Numbered from the stretch's first letter, positions 20,640 to 30,959 are shown. The stretch: 64,000 nt of DNA from Candidatus Eiseniibacteriota bacterium (GCA_965224245.1 OZ245046.1:288001-352000); one strand, 5' to 3'. Made by a program: numbers and translations. Notes: generated by a model not told the origin, from the letters alone.

Positions 20640-21455
20640 ATGTTGCCAGACATCACCCGCATCCTAGCCAGTGCCGTCGTCGTGGCGGCCATCATCCCGA
20701 CGACGGCCGCAGGGGTCGAACGAACGATCTGGACCAGCCCGCTCGGCGCCATCGTGGGGGACTCCCGCATGGCCGTCGCGCCGGGCATTCCGCTCTCGAG
20801 CATCCGGGTGACGTCGACGACCGCGGGCGATCTGCAGTGGGTGTGCTTCGGGCTGACCGTTCCCGAGGAGGCCCAGATCGTCGGCGTGCGGCTGTGCTAC
20901 GAGCTGGCCGATTCGAGGAGCTTCATCTCCCAGACGCGGATCACGCTGCTCACGACGCCGGACTTCGACCTCGCCGTCTACGACGACCCAACCGACCACA
21001 CCGATCCGGGACCCACGTGCTACTACTCGACTGCCGCGCCGGTGTTCGTCGAGGGGACCTGCACGCTGGAGCTGCGCCTGAACTTCGCGTCTCCGGACCA
21101 CTGGATCGACATCGGCGCGATCGGCATCGTGATCGACGACCCCACGATCGCCGCGCCCGACGTCGCGCTCTCCGAGAGCGGGATGCGGCTCGAGCAGAAC
21201 GTTCCGAACCCGTTCAATCCGCAGACGTCGATCCGCTACGCCGTCACCGCGGAGGACTGGATTCGCGTGGACATCCACGACGTTCAGGGGCGCCTCGTCC
21301 GCACGCTGGTCGATGACCTGCAGCAGCCCGCGCAGTACCACGTATCGTGGGACGGCACGGATGATGGTGGGAGTCCCCTGGCATCCGGTACGTACTACTA
21401 CACGGTACGGATCGGGAACGAGCAGGCCTCGCGCAAGATGGTGATGCTGAAGTAG
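20640..21455 (+). CDS. Secreted protein with unknown N-terminal domain and FlgD-Ig tail
   Basis: GGAGG RBS, signal peptide; QNVPNPFNPQT...WDGTDDGG...SGTYYY tail. Confidence 0.85.
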   Translation: MLPDITRILASAVVVAAIIPTTAAGVERTIWTSPLGAIVGDSRMAVAPGIPLSSIRVTSTTAGDLQWVCFGLTVPEEAQIVGVRLCYELADSRSFISQTRITLLTTPDFDLAVYDDPTDHTDPGPTCYYSTAAPVFVEGTCTLELRLNFASPDHWIDIGAIGIVIDDPTIAAPDVALSESGMRLEQNVPNPFNPQTSIRYAVTAEDWIRVDIHDVQGRLVRTLVDDLQQPAQYHVSWDGTDDGGSPLASGTYYYTVRIGNEQASRKMVMLK

Positions 21456-21493
21456 TCACGCGCCTTCCGGCACGCATCCGGCCGGACGAGAAC

Positions 21494-21521
21494 GGGGCCG
21501 AGCGGCGAACCGCTCGGCCCC
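21494..21521. terminator. Hairpin between convergent genes (probable terminator)
   Basis: GGGGCCGAGCGG-CGAA-CCGCTCGGCCCC, perfect 12-bp stem; weak U-tract. Confidence 0.7.
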
Positions 21522-21570
21522 TTCCGATTCACGCCTCCGCGACGGGAGCGTCGGTCCTCCGTGGTTCGCG

Positions 21571-23511
21571 TCAGCGAATGATCACGAGGCGTCCCGTGTG
21601 AACCTCGGACGGCGTCCGAAGCCTGTAGAAGTAAATGCCGCCCGGCACGGCGTTGCCGCTCTCGTCACGGCCGTCCCACTCGGCGTGATGCAGGCCCGCG
21701 GCCGTGAAGCCGCTGGCCAGCGAGCGGATCTCCCGTCCGTTCACGTCGAAGACGCCCAGCTCGACCGAGGCGCCGGTCTCCAGCCAGAATCCGATGTGCG
21801 TGTCGGTGTGGAACGGGTTCGGGTCCACGTTCACGGCGGTGGACCGTGCGAGGCGTGATCCGTCGCAGCCCGCCGTGCAGCTGTTGCCATCCTCGTCACA
21901 GGTCTGCTCGTTCGCCCCGGCATCGTACGTGAGGCCGGCACCCGAGACGCCGGTCACCGTGAACGCCCAGCAGTAGCTGCTCGCATTGCGGACGCGATCC
22001 GAGTCCAGCGTCACCTGGCCGCTTCCGTCGGTCACGCCGCTCTCGGTGCTGGACGTGGTTCCGGCGTAGGTACCCGTGACCGTTGCGTTCGCCTGCGGTC
22101 CATGGGTCGACGTGTGGACGGAGACCGTCGTGCGCGCTCGCGTCCACGGGCCCTGCTGCACGATCGAGAGCGACACCGCGCCCACGTGAACCGCGTCCGC
22201 CGGCGGGCAGGCATCGGTCGACGTCGTCGCCGTGTTCGAGTAGGCGGACGTTCCGGCGCAGTTGGACGCCGACACCCGGTACGAGTAGCTCGTGTCGCAG
22301 GTGAGACCGGAGTCGTGGTAGCTCGTCGTGTTCGCGCCGACCGTCGCGATCTGGGTGAAGCCGCCGCCGGAGTCGCGTTCGATGGCGAACTGGTCCTCGT
22401 CGGAGCTGGCGTCGGTCCAGCTCAGGTCGATCTCGGTGTCACTGGCGGCCGTCGCGGAGAGACCGGTCGGTGCGGTGGGCGGACCCGTCGCCTCACAGCC
22501 GCTCAGCCAGCCCGGCGTGGCGGCGGCGGACCAGCAGTGCATGCGACTGACCTGCTGACTGGTGAACGTGTCGTAGCACGAGTCAGGGGCGTAGCCCATG
22601 TAGTTCTCGGGCTGCGTGGCTCCCCACGCCGTTCCCTGACAGTCGCTGCCCCCAGGCGGCGAGCAGTTGTAGTTCGTCGGGGTCGGCGGCGTGTCCGAGC
22701 AGAAGTCCCCGCGCACGTCACCCTCGACACCGGACGCAAACTCGTAGCAGCTGCCGCACGACGTGACCTCGCTGACCCCGTGGTGCGTGTGCCAGAGACC
22801 GAGGCAGTGTCCCATCTCGTGCGCGGCCGTCTTCTGGCCCGCTCCCCAGTACGCCGAGTTCATCCACAGGCCACCCCGGTTCGTCAGCGCGTCCGGATCC
22901 CAGGGGAACGTGCCGATACCCAGGAGAACGCCGAACGGGCTCGAGTCCTGGCAGGAAATGAAGATGTTGCAGCTGTTCGCGGGATCTTCCGCGTACTGAT
23001 CCTTCATGGCCAGGATGTCCGCGTACCACGTCGAGTTGTACGGGTGATACTTGGTGATGCAGTGGAAGTCGTTGTCGTTGTGAAAGCGGGTGGCCACGAG
23101 ATTGAAGGAGATGCCGGTGCCCGCGTAGTCCGCGGCGAGCTGAGCCATCCCGGCGTCGACCTCCGCCTGACCGACGCCGCTCGGGCCCTGGCCCGACGAG
23201 CTGTTCATGACGTGCACGATGACGTTGACGGTCTTGGCGGAGGTCGACGTTCCGTCGCGTGTCGCCGGAACGTCGCAGGCGCCTTCGGTGGGGCAGCCAC
23301 TCCCCCGAAACGTGTCGTCGGAGATGCCGACGCGCTCGTAATATAGGTCCGTGGTCGGGCACAGGAAGGGGACGGTCTGTCCCGTCTCCGGATCCACGGC
23401 GGGTTGCTCGGGAATTGCGGTTGCCGATCCCGCCCCCACGAGACAGGCGACAACCCCGACGATCCAGCGACCGAGTCGAAGAGACGAACGCTGACCGGAT
23501 CTGCTACTCAT
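21571..23511 (-). CDS. Secreted M43 (pappalysin/ulilysin-like) metalloprotease with FN3 domain and FlgD-Ig tail
   Basis: HEMGHCLGLWHTH; CSDTPP; ENYMGY...FTSQQVSRM; FN3 (PTAPTGLSATA...WTD); PNPF...GGIYFYRL. Confidence 0.92.
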   Translation of the reverse strand: MSSRSGQRSSLRLGRWIVGVVACLVGAGSATAIPEQPAVDPETGQTVPFLCPTTDLYYERVGISDDTFRGSGCPTEGACDVPATRDGTSTSAKTVNVIVHVMNSSSGQGPSGVGQAEVDAGMAQLAADYAGTGISFNLVATRFHNDNDFHCITKYHPYNSTWYADILAMKDQYAEDPANSCNIFISCQDSSPFGVLLGIGTFPWDPDALTNRGGLWMNSAYWGAGQKTAAHEMGHCLGLWHTHHGVSEVTSCGSCYEFASGVEGDVRGDFCSDTPPTPTNYNCSPPGGSDCQGTAWGATQPENYMGYAPDSCYDTFTSQQVSRMHCWSAAATPGWLSGCEATGPPTAPTGLSATAASDTEIDLSWTDASSDEDQFAIERDSGGGFTQIATVGANTTSYHDSGLTCDTSYSYRVSASNCAGTSAYSNTATTSTDACPPADAVHVGAVSLSIVQQGPWTRARTTVSVHTSTHGPQANATVTGTYAGTTSSTESGVTDGSGQVTLDSDRVRNASSYCWAFTVTGVSGAGLTYDAGANEQTCDEDGNSCTAGCDGSRLARSTAVNVDPNPFHTDTHIGFWLETGASVELGVFDVNGREIRSLASGFTAAGLHHAEWDGRDESGNAVPGGIYFYRLRTPSEVHTGRLVIIR

Positions 23512-23641
23512 CGCTCCCCCTTGGTGAGAATCGTGCGAGGCGGATCGGGTGTACCCCGGCCGCCTCGTGCACGTGTTGGCTCAGTCTATTGAATACAGAC
23601 GCCGAGGGTACCATCAATCCCGCGACGAGTCGTGGTGCATG

Positions 23642-25078
23642 TCACCGCTCATCCGATCCGGTGCACGTGTGACAGCGGGCGCCGAGCTCGCGGACGACGT
23701 CGACCAGCGCGTCGACGTCCTCGGGCCGGATCCGCCAGCTCGCGATCGCGGGGCGGAGCGCCACCTTCCCGCCCTGCGTCGTAGTCCCCGCGTAGACGCG
23801 TCCGTCGGCCAGCAGCTCCTCGCCGAGTCGGCGATTGAGTGCGTTCAGCCGCTCCTCGGACAGCCCACGCGGGTTGTAGCGGAAGCACACGATGTTGAGC
23901 GGGACCTCGGCCAGACGTTCGAGGTCGGACGCGGCGTCGACGCGGTCGGCCAGCCGCTGTGCGAGGTCGAGATGCGACTCGATGAGGTCGCGATAGCCGC
24001 TCCGGCCGTAGGCGTAAAGCGTGGCCCATACCGCGAGGGAGCGGGCGCGCCGTGAGCTCTCTGGCCCGATCGAACCCATGTTCGGTCCGGCGTCGGCGTC
24101 CGGAAGGTATGCGCCGGAGTAAGTGAACGACCGCTCCATCACGCCTCGGTCTCGTACGAATGCGAAGCCGCAGTCGTATGGCACGTTGAGCCACTTGTGT
24201 CCGTCGACGGTGATCGAGTCGGCGCGTTCCGCGCCCGCCGCGAGATGCGCGGTGCGGGGGCTCACCCGGGCGAAGAGGCCGAACGCGCCGTCGACGTGAA
24301 GCCACGCGCCATGGGTCTCCGCCAGCTCCGCCATCGTGTCGATCGGATCGAAGTCGCCGGCGTTCACCTCGCCCGCGTTGCCGATCAGGATCGCGGGGGC
24401 GCCGCGGAGCCGCTCGAGCTCCGTCCGGAGCGCATCCACGTCGAGCCGTCCCACCGCGTCCCGCGAGAACGTCCGGACGGAGGAGCGTCCCATCCCCAGC
24501 ATCCCGATCGCCTTCCGGGCACTCGCGTGGACGTAGCCGCTGGAGAAGACCGGCGCCTGAGGAAGGCCCTGGAGCCCGTCGGTCCCGATGTCGACCCCGT
24601 GCCGCTCGCCCCACCACTGCCGGGCCGCGGTGAGCCCGACGACGTTCGCCATCGTGGCGCCGGAGACCATGACGCCGGTCATCGACGACGGGAGCCCGAG
24701 GAGGGTCTTCAGCCAGCCGAGACTCAAGAGCTCCAGCGACAGTGCCAGCGGGGAGGAAACCCATGCGTATGCGCATTGATCGAGGGCGGTGGTCAGCCAG
24801 TCGGCGCCGAGCGCCGCCGGCGTGGTCCCGCCGATCACGAAGTGGAAGAACCGAGAGCCCGCCGAGTGGGCCGCGCCGTCGAGCCCGCCCGCCAGGCGCC
24901 GTAGCGCGTTCACGGCGCCGTGTCCGTCCTCCGGGAACGCCTCGTCGAACGCGCGCGCGACCGCCTCGGCATTCGGGGCACGAGCCGCCCTGCCGTCGAC
25001 CCCGGCCAGATACTGCGTGGCCTCGGCGATCGCGTCCGTGATCACGGCCTCGATCTCGGCCCGGCTCGGGCGCACCAT
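23642..25078 (-). CDS. PLP-dependent group II amino-acid decarboxylase
   Basis: WLHVDGAFG, ADSITVDGHKWLNVPYDCG (PLP lysine); GAGGAG RBS before MVRPS. Confidence 0.92.
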   Translation of the reverse strand: MVRPSRAEIEAVITDAIAEATQYLAGVDGRAARAPNAEAVARAFDEAFPEDGHGAVNALRRLAGGLDGAAHSAGSRFFHFVIGGTTPAALGADWLTTALDQCAYAWVSSPLALSLELLSLGWLKTLLGLPSSMTGVMVSGATMANVVGLTAARQWWGERHGVDIGTDGLQGLPQAPVFSSGYVHASARKAIGMLGMGRSSVRTFSRDAVGRLDVDALRTELERLRGAPAILIGNAGEVNAGDFDPIDTMAELAETHGAWLHVDGAFGLFARVSPRTAHLAAGAERADSITVDGHKWLNVPYDCGFAFVRDRGVMERSFTYSGAYLPDADAGPNMGSIGPESSRRARSLAVWATLYAYGRSGYRDLIESHLDLAQRLADRVDAASDLERLAEVPLNIVCFRYNPRGLSEERLNALNRRLGEELLADGRVYAGTTTQGGKVALRPAIASWRIRPEDVDALVDVVRELGARCHTCTGSDER

Positions 25079-25210
25079 GACATCTCCTCGTTCTGGATCG
25101 GACGACGGTGGAGTCGCGGCCCCAGCACGGCTCGCCGACGGCAGCGCGACGCCGGCCGCCGGCCCGCGGGGGCGCTCACGCTTCACGACGTCCGGGGACG
25201 TCCGGTCGAG

Positions 25211-25219
25211 TGATACACT
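25211..25219 (+). promoter_or_regulatory. Extended -10 promoter TG-A-TACACT upstream of cytochrome c gene
   Basis: TGnTAnnnT match in the divergent intergenic region. Confidence 0.4.
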
Positions 25220-25279
25220 GTAGCGAACTTCAGCCAGCAGGGGGATCTCATCGATCGCCGTCTCGTCGTCGCTCTGGTC

Positions 25280-27133
25280 GTGACCGTGGTAGCCGTCGCC
25301 GCCGTGGCCATGATCATGCGGGTTCTGGAGGGTGATGCCGGCGCGGACCTGCCGCCGATCGATCCCGAGGTCATCCCCGCCGACGGGTACGTCGGCTCCG
25401 ACGCCTGCCGCTCCTGCCACGAGCGCGAGCACACGGCCTGGCATGCCTCCTACCACCGGTCGATGACCCAGCTCGCCAGCCCCGCGTCGGTTCTGGCTCC
25501 ATTCGACGGCACCGAGCTCGCACTGGAGGGCGTGACGTGGCGGCTGAGCCGTCGCGGTGACACGTTCTGGGTGAACGGTCGCGAGCGACATCCGGAGACC
25601 GGCGAGATCGTCCAGCTCGAACGGCGCATCGTCATGACGACCGGTTCGCACAACTACCAGATGTACTGGATGGAGTCCGCCGGATCGGGCATGGCGCCGT
25701 TTCCACTGGTGTACCTCCTGTACGACCGCGTGTGGATTCCGCGCAAGTCGCGCTTTCTCGCACCTCCCGCCGAGCGGACGCCGATCGAGACCGGCCGGTG
25801 GAGCGTTCACTGCATCAAGTGCCACGCGACGCACGGTCAGCCCCGCCACGGTCCGCTCGAGGAGACCCGCGTGGCCGAGCTCGGGATCAGCTGCGAGATG
25901 TGCCACGGCCCGGGCCAGGAGCACGTGCGACGGCACGGCTCGCTGTTCCGGCGACTCGGGCTCTCCCGAGACGGGGGGCCGGACTCGACGATCGCGAACC
26001 CCGAACGTCTACCACATGATCGATCCGCCGAGGTCTGCGGCCAGTGTCACAGCATCGAGGTGTTCCTGACCCGCGAGGATGCGTTCGACTGGCAACACGA
26101 GGGGAGCCGATACCGGCCCGGGGATCGGCTCGAGGAGTTCCAGACGATCGTGTCCGGCCGTCTCGAGGAGAACCCGCCGGAGGTCCGCGAGTACCTCGAC
26201 CAGCATCCGATCTTTCGGCTTCAGAACTGCTTCTGGTCCGACGGCGTGCTCCGCGTGACGGGCCGCGAGCTCCACGGTCTGAAGGAGACACCCTGCTACC
26301 AGCGCGGTGAGCTGAGCTGCATCTCGTGTCATCGGCTGCACCGCGCCGACCGGGATGATCGATCACTGGAGGAGTGGGCCGACGATCAGCTGCGCCGGGA
26401 CATGCGCGGGAACGAGGCCTGCACGCAGTGCCACTCGCGGTACCGCGATCCCGGCGTGCTCGCCGCTCACACTCACCATCCACTGGACTCGTCGGGCAGC
26501 GCGTGCCAGAACTGCCACATGCCGTACACGACGTGGGGTCTGCTCCGCGCGATTCGGAGCCACACCGTGGAGTCCCCGAGCGTGCGGACGAGTCTCGAGA
26601 CCGGCCGGCCGAACGCCTGCAACCAGTGTCATCTGGATCGCACGATGCGGTGGGCGGCCGAGACGCTGCACGACTGGTACGGCACCGAGATCCCCGAGAT
26701 GTCCGACGACGAAGGAACCGTGGCCGCCTCGATCCTGTGGGCGCTGTCCGGTGATGCGGTCCAGCGTGCGCTCATGGCATGGAGCATGGGCTGGGAGCCG
26801 GCGCGCGAGGTCTCCGGCGCGCAGTGGATGGTGCCGTTTCTCTGCACGCTCCTCGTGGATCCGTACGATGCGGTTCGCTTCAGCGCCCAGCGCTCGCTCC
26901 GGGGCTACCCCGAGTATCGCGGTCTGACCGCCGACTCGCTGCGCGCGGCGTCGAAGGAGCGACAGTCCGCGATGATGAGCGCCGTTCTCACCGACTGGAG
27001 CAACGGGCTACCGGCGAGCGCGGGCCGGGTCGGCTCACAGCTTCTACTCCTGGCCGACGGTCGGATGAACCTGGAGAAGCTCCGGAGCCTGGCCGCGTTG
27101 CGAAACGACCGCGACCTCGTCCTCTTCGAGTGA
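25280..27133 (+). CDS. Multiheme (8 CxxCH) c-type cytochrome; true start may be upstream
   Basis: CRSCH, CIKCH, CEMCH, CGQCH, CISCH, CTQCH, CQNCH, CNQCH; N-terminal hydrophobic anchor. Confidence 0.9.
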   Translation: MTVVAVAAVAMIMRVLEGDAGADLPPIDPEVIPADGYVGSDACRSCHEREHTAWHASYHRSMTQLASPASVLAPFDGTELALEGVTWRLSRRGDTFWVNGRERHPETGEIVQLERRIVMTTGSHNYQMYWMESAGSGMAPFPLVYLLYDRVWIPRKSRFLAPPAERTPIETGRWSVHCIKCHATHGQPRHGPLEETRVAELGISCEMCHGPGQEHVRRHGSLFRRLGLSRDGGPDSTIANPERLPHDRSAEVCGQCHSIEVFLTREDAFDWQHEGSRYRPGDRLEEFQTIVSGRLEENPPEVREYLDQHPIFRLQNCFWSDGVLRVTGRELHGLKETPCYQRGELSCISCHRLHRADRDDRSLEEWADDQLRRDMRGNEACTQCHSRYRDPGVLAAHTHHPLDSSGSACQNCHMPYTTWGLLRAIRSHTVESPSVRTSLETGRPNACNQCHLDRTMRWAAETLHDWYGTEIPEMSDDEGTVAASILWALSGDAVQRALMAWSMGWEPAREVSGAQWMVPFLCTLLVDPYDAVRFSAQRSLRGYPEYRGLTADSLRAASKERQSAMMSAVLTDWSNGLPASAGRVGSQLLLLADGRMNLEKLRSLAALRNDRDLVLFE

Positions 27134-27341
27134 CGCCCGATCGGTGGGTGACGCGCGGTGGGTGGGCGAGCCGGTCCGACGACCCGAGCGGGTTGCCCGG
27201 ATCCGGCGCTGGCCCTAGAATCGGTCCCAGGGTCGATTCTCCGCCGGATTGCCTCGTCGACAGCCGTTCGCGCCGCGTGTCGCGGCAGTGGACCATCACG
27301 ACGACGCCCGGGCGTCGTCACGTCCTGACGTGGGAGGTCAC

Positions 27342-28946
27342 GTGTTGGATTCACCGTGGATCGGGAGTACTCGGCTGGTCGCGTACGCATGGCTGACCGT
27401 CACGTGGTGTATCGGTCCCGTCGCTCACGCCGTTCCATGTGAGGCCCCCGACAACGGTGCGGGCACGGTCGATCTTCCGGTCGCGGGCTGCGGCTACCTC
27501 TCACCGGACGACGTGCATCTCGTCGTCGATGGCCTGCCGGCGGACACCGAGATCCTGGCGAAGACCGAGTGCGCCAAGTTCTTCAACGTCGAGGTCATGC
27601 CCGGGGGATCGCTCGAGGGGGAGATCGCGAGCTTCGACGCATACCTGTTCCTGGACATGACCGGGACCGGCGAGCTGACGGGCTTCGACAAGTTCCTCGC
27701 CGTACCGATCCACTGCGAGGTGCACACCGGGCCGCGCACGCCCGGCGACCCCGTCCAGCGTTTTCCCGGCGACGTCCACATCCTCGAGGGGGAGATCTTC
27801 GGCGATCCCGACTTCGAGCTTCTCTCCATCCATGCCGGAACCGATTTCGGCATGCCGAGCCCCGGCGAGACGACGCTGACCCGTCTCCCCGACGGCAACT
27901 GGAACGTCGACAGCTTCTTCGACATCGCCTACCGCATCGAGTTCGTGGGCGCGCGCGGCAGCATGCTCGACGGCCTCTCCGGCATCACGACCGCGTCGTC
28001 GGCGATGCAAGGTGGCGAGCCGGCGACCGTCGACGAACCGTGCATGCAGCCGGACGACGGAACGGGGACCGTGGTGCTGCCCCCCCGAGACTGCAACTAC
28101 CTCGCGCCGCACGAGATCGCGCTGTCGATCGACGGGCTTCCCCCGGAGACCTCGATATGGGTCCATCCGACCTGCAACCGCTTCATCGACGTCGTCGCCG
28201 AGCCCGGGGGGTCGCTCGGCGGAGAGATCCAGATGTTCGACGCGTCGCTCGCGCTGATGATGCAGGGCACCGGTGAGCTGGAGGGCTTCTCGAGGAGCCT
28301 GATCGTGCCGGTCGCCTGCGAGACGAACACCGGTCCCCGCGACCCGAGCAAGCCGGTTCAGCTGTTCGCGAGCGAGCTGATGCAGATGCAAGGGATGATC
28401 ACCGGTGATCCGGACTTCGAGCTTCTCCAGATCGTGGCGGGCACGGACGCCGGGCTTCCCAGCCCCGGTGCCACCCAGCTCACGCAGTCGCCGACGGGCG
28501 GCGACTGGACCGTCGACAGCTTCTTCGACATCGCCTATCGCATCGACTTCGTGGGTGCACCCGGAAGCGTGCTCGAGGACCTGTCGGGCTCGACGGTCGG
28601 AGCGGTTCGCATGGGCACCGGTGACGAGACCGCCGTCGCGACCGCGGAGATCGGGCCGCCGATCCCGGGCGCCCGTCTGGAAGCGGCTCGACCGAACCCG
28701 TTCAGTCCGACGACGAGCCTTCCCTTCGTCCTCGATCGGGCCGGTCTCGTCGAGATCCGCATCTACGACGTCGCCGGTCGCCGGGTGCGGAGCCTCGTGA
28801 ACGAGGACCTCGACGCCGGACGACACGAGGTGAGCTGGAACGGGCGGGACGCCGGGGGCAATCTCGTCGGGCTCGGGACGTACTTCTACGAGCTGCGTGT
28901 CGACGGCGGCGTCATCGCCGCACGCCGGGCCGTGATGCTGCAGTGA
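27342..28946 (+). CDS. Secreted protein with two tandem DSFFDI-motif domains and FlgD-Ig tail
   Basis: GGAGG RBS plus GTG; duplicated ~200-aa unit (PC..PD.G.GTV.LP...GDPDFELL...VDSFFDIAYRI); PNPF tail. Confidence 0.85.
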   Translation: MLDSPWIGSTRLVAYAWLTVTWCIGPVAHAVPCEAPDNGAGTVDLPVAGCGYLSPDDVHLVVDGLPADTEILAKTECAKFFNVEVMPGGSLEGEIASFDAYLFLDMTGTGELTGFDKFLAVPIHCEVHTGPRTPGDPVQRFPGDVHILEGEIFGDPDFELLSIHAGTDFGMPSPGETTLTRLPDGNWNVDSFFDIAYRIEFVGARGSMLDGLSGITTASSAMQGGEPATVDEPCMQPDDGTGTVVLPPRDCNYLAPHEIALSIDGLPPETSIWVHPTCNRFIDVVAEPGGSLGGEIQMFDASLALMMQGTGELEGFSRSLIVPVACETNTGPRDPSKPVQLFASELMQMQGMITGDPDFELLQIVAGTDAGLPSPGATQLTQSPTGGDWTVDSFFDIAYRIDFVGAPGSVLEDLSGSTVGAVRMGTGDETAVATAEIGPPIPGARLEAARPNPFSPTTSLPFVLDRAGLVEIRIYDVAGRRVRSLVNEDLDAGRHEVSWNGRDAGGNLVGLGTYFYELRVDGGVIAARRAVMLQ

Positions 28947-29023
28947 CGTGGACGTGACACACACGCTTTGACGCGGGTGAGAACGGGTCGGCGGGGAGGC
29001 GTCGTATCGCCCCCCGGGCAGGT

Positions 29024-29536
29024 TCAGCCGTGGTCTTGACCCAGCGTCTTGCGAAGTCGGGCCAGTGCTCGCCTGAGTCGTGTGAGCGCCCCCTTCCCGA
29101 GCGCCCGTTCGAGCTCGGCCGTCGTCTCCTGAATCGCGTGAAGGCCTGCCTCGAGTCCCTTCAGGCCTTCTGGCGTGTAGCGGACGATCCGGGCCCGTGA
29201 GTCCAGGGGATCGACGTCCACACGGACGATCCCCCTCGTTACGAGCTCGCCGACGATCGATCCGATGTACTGCTTGGAGACCCCGACGCGGCGAGCGAGC
29301 TCGCCCATTCGTGTGCCCGGCAGGTCCAGACTGCGGAGTGTGGCCACGTACACCGCCGGCAACGCGTCGATCCATCCCTGCTCGATGAGGTGCCGGCGGA
29401 TCCGGGCCTCGAACGCCTCGAACGTCGCGAGGAGCTCGCGTCCGAGGTTGTCTTGCCGGAGACGGGTCAGCTCGTCCGGCAGCTCGAGTGTCGATGCGCC
29501 GTGCGGCGCGTTCCCGACGGGTCGTTTCCTGTTCAC
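29024..29536 (-). CDS. MarR-family transcriptional regulator (start uncertain)
   Basis: ELARRVGVSKQ...ELVTRGIV...DPLDSRARIVRYT wHTH pattern. Confidence 0.88.
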   Translation of the reverse strand: MNRKRPVGNAPHGASTLELPDELTRLRQDNLGRELLATFEAFEARIRRHLIEQGWIDALPAVYVATLRSLDLPGTRMGELARRVGVSKQYIGSIVGELVTRGIVRVDVDPLDSRARIVRYTPEGLKGLEAGLHAIQETTAELERALGKGALTRLRRALARLRKTLGQDHG

Positions 29537-29537
29537 G

Positions 29538-29592
29538 TTGACACGATAGTACGCTGATCGTACCATGTCGATAGTACAGTGATCGTACTATC
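29538..29592 (+). promoter_or_regulatory. Sigma70 promoter overlapped by two tandem palindromic operators
   Basis: TTGACA(29538)-17 bp-TACCAT(29561); GATAGTAC-N7-GTACCATG (29545-29567) and perfect GATAGTAC-N7-GTACTATC (29570-29592). Confidence 0.8.
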
Positions 29593-29602
29593 TGGAGGTG
29601 AG

Positions 29603-30946
29603 ATGTTCGGGATCGACCGCGCCCTCCGGCGTGAACCGCGACGCGGGGCGTCCGCCTGGTTTCGGTTCGCCGCGTTCGCCGTGCTGCTCCTTCCGCCGGT
29701 GGCGTGCTCCTCGCCGGTCCCGCGCGGCGCGGAGACCCATCAGCTGGAGGCAGGTGGACGATCGCGTCGTTACCACGTCGTGGGTGCGCGGGTCCGTGCC
29801 GGAGTACCCGACGGTGGGCGGCCCATCATCATCATGCTTCACGGATTCCGGCAAACACCAAGGGACCTGCAGGAGCTGGCCGATCTGGAGCGCGTCCACG
29901 GCGCCGGCGAGGCGATTCTCGTGTACCCCGAGGGTGTCGAGCGGAGCTGGAACGATGGGGACGACAGCAAGCCCGCCACCACGAAGGGAGTGGATGATCT
30001 GGCATTCCTCACGGCGCTGCTCGACGATCTCGGATCGCGCCAGTCGATCGACGAGGATCGGATCTACGCCGTTGGGTTCTCGAACGGTGGGTTCTTCCTG
30101 CTACGAAACGTCTGCATGCTCTCCGAACGACTCGCCGCGATCGCCGTGGTTGCCGCCGGTGCGTACCCTCGCATGGACACGTACTGCGGCGGATACCGCA
30201 CGGTTGCCACGATGGTGGTCCTCGGTACCGAGGACCCCCTCACGCGATGGGACGGGTGGAACGGTGACCCGCGGCGCCCGTCGGCCACCGGCTACGTCCT
30301 CTCGCGTCTGAACGCGTGCGCGCCCGCGCCGGACACCTTGGACGTTCCGGACATGGCCGACGACGGCACGCGTGTTCGGATCCTCCGCTACACCGGCTGC
30401 CGTGACGAATCCCAGATCGTGTTTGCTCAAGTCGACGGTGGCGGACACGCCTGGCCGGGCGGGCGCGCGTACCTGCCTGCGGCCTTGATCGGGGCCACGT
30501 CTCGCGACTGGGATGCGAGTACGGCCATTGCGGACTTCTTCGAGCAGCATCGGCGTCGTGTTCCGAGCGCGTCACTGTCGGACACGTTGCGGGACGCGCT
30601 CGCGGAGGGGGCCGAGCTTCGGGCCCGGCTCACGACCTGGCTGGAGACACCTGGCCGCGATCACGTGCGCGTGGAATGGGAGATCAACCGGCTCGGCTAC
30701 TCGCTCCTTCGCGAGCAGCGAGCGTCGGATGCCGTCGACGTGTTTCGTCTGGGCAGAGAGCTCTTCCCCGGGTCGTTCAACGTGCACGACAGCCTCGGAG
30801 AAGCACTGGCCGTCGCGGGACGAGCCGAAGAAGCGATCGCCAGCTACCGGCGATCGCTCGAGATCGAACCCGGTAACACGAATGCGGCCGAGCAGATCGC
30901 TCGCCTGCAAGAGATCGGGTCCACGCCGTCCTCGGACGGCCCATGA
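29603..30946 (+). CDS. PHB-depolymerase/LpqC-type esterase lipoprotein with C-terminal TPR
   Basis: GGAGGTG RBS; lipobox-like PVAC; LHG, GFSNGG nucleophile elbow, GTEDP, GGGHAWPGG; TPR (DSLGEALA...YRRSLEIEP). Confidence 0.88.
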   Translation: MFGIDRALRREPRRGASAWFRFAAFAVLLLPPVACSSPVPRGAETHQLEAGGRSRRYHVVGARVRAGVPDGGRPIIIMLHGFRQTPRDLQELADLERVHGAGEAILVYPEGVERSWNDGDDSKPATTKGVDDLAFLTALLDDLGSRQSIDEDRIYAVGFSNGGFFLLRNVCMLSERLAAIAVVAAGAYPRMDTYCGGYRTVATMVVLGTEDPLTRWDGWNGDPRRPSATGYVLSRLNACAPAPDTLDVPDMADDGTRVRILRYTGCRDESQIVFAQVDGGGHAWPGGRAYLPAALIGATSRDWDASTAIADFFEQHRRRVPSASLSDTLRDALAEGAELRARLTTWLETPGRDHVRVEWEINRLGYSLLREQRASDAVDVFRLGRELFPGSFNVHDSLGEALAVAGRAEEAIASYRRSLEIEPGNTNAAEQIARLQEIGSTPSSDGP

Positions 30947-30959
30947 ACGGGTGGGATCG

